The notes below the pieces were generated by a model. That model saw only the letters and a program-made list of their open reading frames with translations. It had not been told where the DNA came from and made no database searches. Shown in pieces: positions 53,131-64,000 of a DNA stretch of 64,000 bases. The DNA lies in contig CM022671.1 of NCBI GenBank assembly GCA_012295275.1, positions 10,788,001 through 10,852,000 on the forward strand. The letters run 5' to 3'. Each line of letters opens with the position of its first letter. Positions within the stretch are counted from its first letter, which is position 1. The translations under genes were made by a program, and so were the position numbers. The stretch is from Chrysomallon squamiferum. Its lineage: Eukaryota > Animalia > Mollusca.

Positions 53131-56100
53131 ATAATCAGCTTCAAAACACAAGTCAGAAACAAGGCAATGTAGCCATCAAAGAAATAAAACGTCAGGAATA
53201 GGGCAGTATACTTGAAAGTGAAAACACGCGTCAGGAAGATGGCAGTTTAACAGCAAGTCAAACCAAAGGAAAGCAACACAGCCATATAGCCGTCAGTGAA
53301 AACACACGTGAGGAACATAGTAATATAGTCAGCTTGAAAACACACGTTAGGAACATAGTAATATAGTCAGCTTGAAAAACAGGTTAGGAACTTACAGCAT
53401 AAGCATGGCAACCAGTGAAACCTGAAACCACATAAGTAACCTCGCAGTTTAGTGAGCTTGAAACCACACGACAGAGACAGGGCAGTATAGCTCACAGTGA
53501 AAACACAAGTCAGAAACATGGCACTATAGCCGGCAAAGAAAACACACGTAACAAACATGACAGTATAATCAGCTTCAAAACACAAGTCAGAAACAAGGCA
53601 ATGTAGCCATCAAAGAAATAAAACGTCAAGGAACAGGGCAGCAAACTTGAAAGTGAAAAAACGCGTCAGGAAGAAAACAACAAAGAAACGGCAATAGTCA
53701 CTTGAAAAGTCAGAAACACAGGTTAGGTAATATAGTCAGTTTGAAAACACAGGTTAGAAGTAATCGCAGTTTGGTCAAACGTCAGAAACCTGCAAAAACA
53801 CCTCGCAGTTTAGTCAAGTCAGAAAAACAACACGGCAGAGAAAACAGGTAAGTATAAAGTGAAAACACACAAGTCAGAAACATGGCACTATAGCCGGCAA
53901 AGAAAACACACGTAACAAACATGACAGTATAATCAGCTTCAAAACACAAGTCAGAAACAAGGCAATGTAGCCATCAAAGAAATAAAACGTCAGGAATACG
54001 GCAGTATACTTGAAAGTGAAAACACGCGTCAGGAAGATGGCAGTTTAACAGCAAGTCAAACCAAAGGAAAGCAACACAGCCATATAGCCGTCAGTGAAAA
54101 CACACGTGAGGAACATAGTAATATAGTCAGCTTGAAAACACACGTTAGGAACATAGTAATATAGTCAGCTTGAAAACACAGGTTAGGAACTTATCGTTCT
54201 GGTCAACCTGAAAGCACACATCAGTAACCTCGCAGTTTAGTGAGCTTGAAACCACACGTCAGAGACAGGGCAGTATAGCTCACAGTGAAAACACAAGTCA
54301 GAAACATGGCACTATAGCCGGCAAAGAAAACACACGTAACAAACATGACAGTATAATCAGCTTCAAAACACAAGTCAGAAACAAGGCAATGTAGCCATCA
54401 AAGAAATAAAACGTCAGGAATACGGCAGTATACTTGAAAGTGAAAACACGCGTCAGGAAGATGGCAGTTTAACAGCAAGTCAAACCAAAGGAAAGCAACA
54501 CAGCCATATAGCCGTCAGTGAAAACACACGTGAGGAACATAGTAATATAGTCAGCTTGAAAACACACGTTAGGAACATAGTAATATAGTCAGCTTGAAAA
54601 CACAGGTTAGGAACTTATCGTTCTGGTCAACCTGAAAGCACACATCAGTAACCTCGCAGTTTAGTGAGCTTGAAACCACACGTCAGAGACAGGGCAGTAT
54701 AGCTCACAGTGAAAACACAAGTCAGAAACATGGCACTATAGCCGGCAAAGAAAACACACGTAACAAACATGACAGTATAATCAGCTTCAAAACACAAGTC
54801 AGAAACAAGGCAATGTAGCCATCAAAGAAATAAAACGTCAGGAATACGGCAGTATACTTGAAAGTGAAAACACGCGTCAGGAAGATGGCAGTTTAACAGC
54901 AAGTCAAACCAAAGGAAAGCAACACAGCCATATAGCCGTCAGTGAAAACACGTGAGGAACATAGTAATATAGTCAGCTTGAAAACACACGTTAGGAACAT
55001 AGTAATATAGTCAGCTTGAAAACACAGGTTAGGAACTTATCGTTCTGGTCAACCTGAAAGCACACATCAGTAACCTCGCAGTTTAGTGAGCTTGAAACCA
55101 CACGTCAGAGACAGGGCAGTATAGCTCACAGTGAAAACACAAGTCAGAAACATGGCACTATAGCCGGCAAAGAAAACACACGTAACAAACATGACAGTAT
55201 AATCAGCTTCAAAACACAAGTCAGAAACAAGGCAATGTAGCCATCAAAGAAATAAAACGTCAGGAATACGGCAGTATACTTGAAAGTGAAAACACGCGTC
55301 AGGAAGATGGCAGTTTAACAGCAAGTCAAACCAAAGGAAAGCAACACAGCCATATAGCCGTCAGTGAAAACACACGTGAGGAACATAGTAATATAGTCAG
55401 CTTGAAAACACACGTTAGGAACATAGTAATATAGTCAGCTTGAAAACACAGGTTAGGAACTTATCGTTCTGGTCAACCTGAAAGCACACATCAGTAACCT
55501 CGCAGTTTAGTGAGCTTGAAACCACACGTCAGAGACAGGGCAGTATAGCTCACAGTGAAAACACAAGTCAGAAACATGGCACTATAGCCGGCAAAGAAAA
55601 ACACACGTAACAAACATGACAGTATAATCAGCTTCAAAACACAAGTCAGAAACAAGGCAATGTAGCCATCAAAGAAATAAAACGTCAGGAATACGGCAGT
55701 ATACTTGAAAGTGAAAACACGCGTCAGGAAGATGGCAGTTTAACAGCAAGTCAAACCAAAGGAAAGCAACACAGCCATATAGCCGTCAGTGAAAACACAC
55801 GTGAGGAACATAGTAATATAGTCAGCTTGAAAACACACGTTAGGAACATAGTAATATAGTCAGCTTGAAAACACAGGTTAGGAACTTATCGTTCTGGTCA
55901 ACCTGAAAGCACACATCAGTAACCTCGCAGTTTAGTGAGCTTGAAACCACACGTCAGAGACAGGGCAGTATAGCTCACAGTGAAAACACAAGTCAGAAAC
56001 ATGGCACTATAGCCGGCAAAGAAAACACACGTAACAAACATGACAGTATAATCAGCTTCAAAACACAAGTCAGAAACAAGGCAATGTAGCCATCAAAGAA

Positions 56101-59100
56101 ATAAAACGTCAGGAATACGGCAGTATACTTGAAAGTGAAAACACGCGTCAGGAAGATGGCAGTTTAACAGCAAGTCAAACCAAAGGAAAGCAACACAGCC
56201 ATATAGCCGTCAGTGAAAACACACGTGAGGAACATAGTAATATAGTCAGCTTGAAAACACACGTTAGGAACATAGTAATATAGTCAGCTTGAAAACACAG
56301 GTTAGGAACTTATCGTAATATAGTCAGCTTGAAAACACAGGTTAGGAACTTATCGTTCTGGTCAACCTGAAAGCACACATCAGTAACCTCGCAGTTTAGT
56401 CAGCTTGAAACCACACGTCAGAGACAGGGCAGTATAGCTCACAGTGAAAACACAAGTCAGAAACATGGCACTATAGCCGGCAAAGAAAACACACGTAACA
56501 AACATGACAGTATAATCAGCTTCAAAACACAAGTCAGAAACAAGGCAATGTAGCCATCAAAGAAATAAAACGTCAGGAATACGGCAGTATACTTGAAAGT
56601 GAAAACACGCGTCAGGAAGATGGCAGTTTAACAGCAAGTCAAACCAAAGGAAAGCAACACAGCCATATAGCCGTCAGTGAAAACACACGTGAGGAACATA
56701 GTAATATAGTCAGCTTGAAAACACACGTTAGGAACATAGTAATATAGTCAGCTTGAAAACACAGGTTAGGAACTTATCGTTCTGGTCAACCTGAAAGCAC
56801 ACATCAGTAACCTCGCAGTTTAGTGAGCTTGAAACCACACGTCAGAGACAGGGCAGTATAGCTCACAGTGAAAACACAAGTCAGAAACATGGCACTATAG
56901 CCGGCAAAGAAAACACACGTAACAAACATGACAGTATAATCAGCTTCAAAACACAAGTCAGAAACAAGGCAATGTAGCCATCAAAGAAATAAAACGTCAG
57001 GAATACGGCAGTATACTTGAAAGTGAAAACACGCGTCAGGAAGATGGCAGTTTAACAGCAAGTCAAACCAAAGGAAAGCAACACAGCCATATAGCCGTCA
57101 GTGAAAACACACGTGAGGAACATAGTAATATAGTCAGCTTGAAAACACACGTTAGGAACATAGTAATATAGTCAGCTTGAAAACACAGGTTAGGAACTTA
57201 TCGTTCTGGTCAACCTGAAAGCACACATCAGTAACCTCGCAGTTTAGTGAGCTTGAAACCACACGTGAGAGACAGGGCAGTATAGCTCACAGTGAAAACA
57301 CAAGTCAGAAACATGGCACTATAGCCGGCAAAGAAAACACACGTAACAAACATGACAGTATAATCAGCTTCAAAACACAAGTCAGAAACAAGGCAATGTA
57401 GCCATCAAAGAAATAAAACGTCAGGAATACGGCAGTATACTTGAAAGTGAAAACACGCGTCAGGAAGATGGCAGTTTAACAGCAAGTCAAACCAAAGGAA
57501 AGCAACACAGCCATATAGCCGTCAGTGAAAACACACGTGAGGAACATAGTAATATAGTCAGCTTGAAAACACACGTTAGGAACATAGTAATATAGTCAGC
57601 TTGAAAACACAGGTTAGGAACTTATCGTTCTGGTCAACCTGAAAGCACACATCAGTAACCTCGCAGTTTAGTGAGCTTGAAACCACACGTCAGAGACAGG
57701 GCAGTATAGCTCACAGTGAAAACACAAGTCAGAAACATGGCACTATAGCCGGCAAAGAAAACACACGTAACAAACATGACAGTATAATCAGCTTCAAAAC
57801 ACAAGTCAGAAACAAGGCAATGTAGCCATCAAAGAAATAAAACGTCAGGAATACGGCAGTATACTTGAAAGTGAAAACACGCGTCAGGAAGATGGCAGTT
57901 TAACAGCAAGTCAAACCAAAGGAAAGCAACACAGCCATATAGCCGTCAGTGAAAACACACGTGAGGAACATAGTAATATAGTCAGCTTGAAAACACACGT
58001 TAGGAACATAGTAATATAGTCAGCTTGAAAACACAGGTTAGGAACTTATCGTTCTGGTCAACCTGAAAGCACACATCAGTAACCTCGCAGTTTAGTGAGC
58101 TTGAAACCACACGTCAGAGACAGGGCAGTATAGCTCACAGTGAAAACACAAGTCAGAAACATGGCACTATAGCCGGCAAAGAAAACACACGTAACAAACA
58201 TGACAGTATAATCAGCTTCAAAACACAAGTCAGAAACAAGGCAATGTAGCCATCAAAGAAATAAAACGTCAGGAATACGGCAGTATACTTGAAAGTGAAA
58301 ACACGCGTCAGGAAGATGGCAGTTTAACAGCAAGTCAAACCAAAGGAAAGCAACACAGCCATATAGCCGTCAGTGAAAACACACGTGAGGAACATAGTAA
58401 TATAGTCAGCTTGAAAACACACGTTAGGAACATAGTAATATAGTCAGCTTGAAAACACAGGTTAGGAACTTATCGTTCTGGTCAACCTGAAAGCACACAT
58501 CAGTAACCTCGCAGTTTAGTCAGCTTGAAACCACACGTGAGAGACAGGGCAGTATAGCTCACAGTGAAAACACAAGTCAGAAACATGGCACTATAGCCGG
58601 CAAAGAAAACACACGTAACAAACATGACAGTATAATCAGCTTCAAAACACAAGTCAGAAACAAGGCAATGTAGCCATCAAAGAAATAAAACGTCAGGAAT
58701 ACGGCAGTATACTTGAAAGTGAAAACACGCGTCAGGAAGATGGCAGTTTAACAGCAAGTCAAACCAAAGGAAAGCAACACAGCCATATAGCCGTCAGTGA
58801 AAACACACGTGAGGAACATAGTAATATAGTCAGCTTGAAAACACACGTTAGGAACATAGTAATATAGTCAGCTTGAAAACACAGGTTAGGAACTTATCGT
58901 TCTGGTCAACCTGAAAGCACACATCAGTAACCTCGCAGTTTAGTGAGCTTGAAACCACACGTCAGAGACAGGGCAGTATAGCTCACAGTGAAAACACAAG
59001 TCAGAAACATGGCACTATAGCCGGCAAAGAAAACACACGTAACAAACATGACAGTATAATCAGCTTCAAAACACAAGTCAGAAACAAGGCAATGTAGCCA

Positions 59101-61430
59101 TCAAAGAAATAAAACGTCAGGAATACGGCAGTATACTTGAAAGTGAAAACACGCGTCAGGAAGATGGCAGTTTAACAGCAAGTCAAACCAAAGGAAAGCA
59201 ACACAGCCATATAGCCGTCAGTGAAAACACACGTGAGGAACATAGTAATATAGTCAGCTTGAAAACACACGTTAGGAACATAGTAATATAGTCAGCTTGA
59301 AAACACAGGTTAGGAACTTATCGTTCTGGTCAACCTGAAAGCACACATCAGTAACCTCGCAGTTTAGTGAGCTTGAAACCACACGTCAGAGACAGGGCAG
59401 TATAGCTCACAGTGAAAACACAAGTCAGAAACATGGCACTATAGCCGGCAAAGAAAAACACACGTAACAAACATGACAGTATAATCAGCTTCAAAACACA
59501 AGTCAGAAACAAGGCAATGTAGCCATCAAAGAAATAAAACGTCAGGAATACGGCAGTATACTTGAAAGTGAAAACACGCGTCAGGAAGATGGCAGTTTAA
59601 CAGCAAGTCAAACCAAAGGAAAGCAACACAGCCATATAGCCGTCAGTGAAAACACACGTGAGGAACATAGTAATATAGTCAGCTTGAAAACACACGTTAG
59701 GAACATAGTAATATAGTCAGCTTGAAAACACAGGTTAGGAACTTATCGTTCTGGTCAACCTGAAAGCACACATCAGTAACCTCGCAGTTTAGTGAGCTTG
59801 AAACCACACGTCAGAGACAGGGCAGTATAGCTCACAGTGAAAACACAAGTCAGAAACATGGCACTATAGCCGGCAAAGAAAACACACGTAACAAACATGA
59901 CAGTATAATCAGCTTCAAAACACAAGTCAGAAACAAGGCAATGTAGCCATCAAAGAAATAAAACGTCAGGAATACGGCAGTATACTTGAAAGTGAAAACA
60001 CGCGTCAGGAAGATGGCAGTTTAACAGCAAGTCAAACCAAAGGAAAGCAACACAGCCATATAGCCGTCAGTGAAAACACACGTGAGGAACATAGTAATAT
60101 AGTCAGCTTGAAAACACACGTTAGGAACATAGTAATATAGTCAGCTTGAAAACACAGGTTAGGAACTTATCGTTCTGGTCAACCTGAAAGCACACATCAG
60201 TAACCTCGCAGTTTAGTGAGCTTGAAACCACACGTCAGAGACAGGGCAGTATAGCTCACAGTGAAAACACAAGTCAGAAACATGGCACTATAGCCGGCAA
60301 AGAAAACACACGTAACAAACATGACAGTATAATCAGCTTCAAAACACAAGTCAGAAACAAGGCAATGTAGCCATCAAAGAAATAAAACGTCAGGAATACG
60401 GCAGTATACTTGAAAGTGAAAACACGCGTCAGGAAGATGGCAGTTTAACAGCAAGTCAAACCAAAGGAAAGCAACACAGCCATATAGCCGTCAGTGAAAA
60501 CACACGTGAGGAACATAGTAATATAGTCAGCTTGAAAACACACGTTAGGAACATAGTAATATAGTCAGCTTGAAAACACAGGTTAGGAACTTATCGTTCT
60601 GGTCAACCTGAAAGCACACATCAGTAACCTCGCAGTTTAGTGAGCTTGAAACCACACGTCAGAGACAGGGCAGTATAGCTCACAGTGAAAACACAAGTCA
60701 GAAACATGGCACTATAGCCGGCAAAGAAAACACACGTAACAAACATGACAGTATAATCAGCTTCAAAACACAAGTCAGAAACAAGGCAATGTAGCCATCA
60801 AAGAAATAAAACGTCAGGAATACGGCAGTATACTTGAAAGTGAAAACACGCGTCAGGAAGATGGCAGTTTAACAGCAAGTCAAACCAAAGGAAAGCAACA
60901 CAGCCATATAGCCGTCAGTGAAAACACACGTGAGGAACATAGTAATATAGTCAGCTTGAAAACACACGTTAGGAACATAGTAATATAGTCAGCTTGAAAA
61001 CACAGGTTAGGAACTTATCGTTCTGGTCAACCTGAAAGCACACATCAGTAACCTCGCAGTTTAGTGAGCTTGAAACCACACGTGAGAGACAGGGCAGTAT
61101 AGCTCACAGTGAAAACACAAGTCAGAAACATGGCACTATAGCCGGCAAAGAAAACACACGTAACAAACATGACAGTATAATCAGCTTCAAAACACAAGTC
61201 AGAAACAAGGCAATGTAGCCATCAAAGAAATAAAACGTCAGGAATACGGCAGTATACTTGAAAGTGAAAACACGCGTCAGGAAGATGGCAGTTTAACAGC
61301 AAGTCAAACCAAAGGAAAGCAACACAGCCATATAGCCGTCAGTGAAAACACACGTGAGGAACATAGTAATATAGTCAGCTTGAAAACACACGTTAGGAAC
61401 ATAGCAATATAGTCAGCTTGAAAACACACA
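53131..61430 (+). repeat. 424-bp higher-order repeat array (11 monomers: 6 x 39 bp + 5 x 38 bp), about 19.5 units
   Basis: Marker GAAACATGGCACTATAG at 54301, 54725, 55147, 55571, 55996, 56460, 56884, 57308, 57732, 58156, 58580, 59004, 59428, 59853, 60277, 60701, 61125 (mostly 424 apart); first two units are noisy. Confidence 0.99.
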
Positions 61431-61808
61431 TCAGAAACAGGGCAGTATAGCTCACAGTGAAAACATGTCAGAAACACGGCATAGCCAGCATAGAAAGGGA
61501 ATACAGGAACACGGCAGATAGCCAGTGAAAATACATGCCATGAACAGGGCATTATAGCCACCAAAGAAAACAGACGTCAGGAACACGGCAGTATACCCGA
61601 CAGTGGAAACACACGTCAGGAACAGGGCAGTATAGCCACCAAAGAAATAACACATCAGGAACATGGCAGAAAAGCCGCCAGTGAAAAAACATTTCAGGAA
61701 CATGGCGGTATATCCGAAAGTAGAAGCACGTCAGGAACACAGCAGTATAGCCGACAGTGAAAACAAACGACAGGAACATGGCAGTATAGCTGACATTAAA
61801 GGAACATA
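61431..61808 (+). repeat. Right monomeric flank of array 2 (about 10 diverged 35-39-bp monomers)
   Basis: Successive CAG(G/A)AACA(T/C/G)GGCAG heads with diverged tails; ends CAGGAACATGGCAGTATAGCTGACATTAAAGGAACAT. Confidence 0.93.
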
Positions 61809-61929
61809 TTTATTCTCTCTTAGTATCTTGTTTTTTTATTTTCTGGACATTAGAATAACATTCAGGCTTATTAGATTTTGTATTTTTTTTTTTTTTTTAA
61901 ACATTTATTTTACTATTTTATTCTGTTTA

Positions 61930-62500
61930 TTATCTATAGTAGCTTAGAGGGACTTGTTGTTTTATGTTTTTGGGTGTAATTTACTTTTGGTAGCTGTCGT
62001 TTATTGTCTACACGATGGATTCGAGTAGTAGATATAGGCTGTTTGTTATGTTTTGGGGTTTCTTTTATTATTTATTATTTGCTTGCTTTTAATATCTTTT
62101 GCTGTTTTTATTGTCTGCATATTGGATAACAATATGTGATTTGGGCATTTGTTACTTTTGTGTAACTGATTCAGGCCGTTATGTGTTTTAGGTTTGTTTT
62201 TTTGTTATTTATTATTATTTTTTAATTTGCCTTTAGTCTCTGTTGCTTTTATTTAGTTGGCTACACACTGAATTAAAGTGAATCAGGCTGTTATGGTTAT
62301 TTAAGTTGTGGCTTGGTTTTGTTTCTTTTCGGTGTGTGGTTTCTTTTTGTTTGTATACTTGTAGTAAACAGTTTTTTTAATTATATTTTTTGTTTTCTAG
62401 TTTTGTATTCTATTGTCTACACACTGGATGACAGTATCTTATTCAGGTTGCACCTTATGTGTTTTGGGTTCGTTTATTTTTTATTTATTTATATATTTTA
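61930..62500. repeat. Degenerate T-rich tandem repeat
   Basis: Recurring CTACAC(A)CTG(G)A...CAGG(C/T)(T/C)G...ATGTGTTTT(G/A)GGTT motifs; strong T/G skew opposite to the A/C skew of the adjacent satellite. Confidence 0.55.
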
Positions 62501-63049
62501 GATTTTAGTATTTCAGTCAGAAATATATATATATTACATATTTTTATAATTTTTAATGTTTTATTTCTATACAGACAAGTTCATTAATAAAAATAACCAT
62601 TACATGAGTAACAATAATCTACTACATCTCTTCCAGCTAAATATACTGTCTAAACCTCTAAACTCCTAAATGATAATCAAACTTAATTATCAGGTTTTCT
62701 AAACATAATCAGTGTGACAATTTTTTTTACTTGGTTTACAATATGGTATTTGAGATAAATCTGAAAAAAACTAGTTAACTATGAACTAAAGAAAAAGGAA
62801 ATTTGACAAAGCAGGCAAAAGAAGAAATTAAATACAAGAAATCAATGAATTTATAACAGATTTAGTTAATGGACAAGTCTGTTAGAGAGTGAGCAGCTGA
62901 TCTCTAACACGTCTGTGAAATTTGAGATCATTACCAATATATCAATAATATCACGGGCAGTGCAATATTACTGATATCATTATTTTATATTTTTAAATTT
63001 ATAATATCCCTGCTTGTCATTTCTTCTTTCTGGTAGTGAAAATTAGGTG

Positions 63050-64000
63050 TTGTTTTTGAGATTATGATAGAATGTCATAGGATCTGATAAACTGTAATCA
63101 TAATAAAACTTACTTGATCTATTATTTTCAGTAGTTTCTTGAATGATATGTAAACAGAACAGTAGTTTCAAAGCAATGCTATTTTTTTTTTTTTTTTTTT
63201 TTTTTGAAAATGTAACTCAGTCTGATTTGAATTTTTGCATTGCTTCCTTCATGCTGTATTTATTTTATTTTAAATCTTAATGACTGACTAAATGTTTATA
63301 ATTTATTTATTTTTAATAATATATATTTTATTATTTTGTTTTAGTCAGTTTAGAAAACTAAGCTTAACAAATTCTTGATGCATATATTAATATCGAATTA
63401 TTTATAAACATACCAATAGTTTCAAATTATTGCTGATTTTTATATTTTTGTTGAAAATTTAACTCAATCTGATTTGAATGTATGGATTATGTCCTTCATA
63501 CTATTTTTTCTTTTAAATCTTACCTACGGCAGTTAACCTTTCATTTTCTCTTTTAGTCAGTTTAGAAAACTAAGCTTAACAAATCCTTGATGCATATATT
63601 AATATCGACACTTGATTAGACTGAAGAAATATTTAATCCTTTTTTTATTACTTAGTTCATTTTGTGATATTGAGATTACAATAGAATGACTTAGTACCAG
63701 TTAGATAAATTGTACTTATGGTAATACATGCTTTAACCATTGTTTTCAGTAGTTTCTTGAATTATCTATGAATATACCCATAGTTTCAAATTAATGCTAA
63801 GTGATTTTTATATTTTATTTGAAAATTTTACTCAATCTGATTTGCATTTGTGGATTGTTTCCATCATAATATATATATATTTTTTTAAACCTTACCTACT
63901 GCAGTTAAACTTTTATTATTTATTCATTTTTAACAATATGATTTATTATTTATTATTTTCTATTTTAATCAGTTTAGAAGACTACGCTTAACAACAAACC
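63050..64000. repeat. Degenerate tandem repeat, about 210-420-bp units
   Basis: TCAGTTTAGAA(A/G)ACTA(A/C)GCTTAACAA at about 63345, 63557, 63969; TGAAAAT..ACTCA.TCTGATTTG at about 63205, 63452, 63820. Confidence 0.85.

Noticed and set aside
52705-53585. ORFs at the edges of array 2 (also 61304-61947)
   Set aside because: Translations of satellite monomers and low-complexity flank.
52983-61808. CRISPR-like look (conserved head with variable tail at about 39-bp spacing)
   Set aside because: Tails are homologous to each other and recur every 424 bp; no unique spacers, no cas genes, eukaryotic context.

Overview
AT-rich metazoan genomic DNA with no intact recognisable protein-coding gene; almost all ORFs in the supplied track are artefacts of tandem repeats. 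Layout: (1) 1-24977, a roughly 630-640-copy array of a 39-bp monomer (ACAGGAACATGGCAGTACAACAAACAGAAGACATTCATT); (2) a 200-N scaffold gap; (3) a 28-kb island with old tandem duplications, microsatellites, decayed transposons (RTE, Gmr1-like Gypsy, L1/Tx1, Penelope-like, Tigger/pogo), a small spliced minus-strand transcript candidate and a recent 2.3-kb duplication; (4) about 53.0-61.8 kb, a second satellite whose core is a near-perfect 424-bp higher-order repeat (HOR) of 11 diverged 38/39-bp monomers, flanked on both sides by monomeric copies; (5) degenerate repeats to the end. The main observation is that the two arrays belong to one 39-bp family (shared head CAGGAACATGGCAGTA, 26/39 ungapped identity, same strand) in two organisational states: homogeneous CpG-free monomer versus CpG-rich 11-mer HOR with two monomer classes, resembling a miniature alpha-satellite layout. 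All alignments and counts were done by eye and family assignments come from remembered motifs, not database searches.
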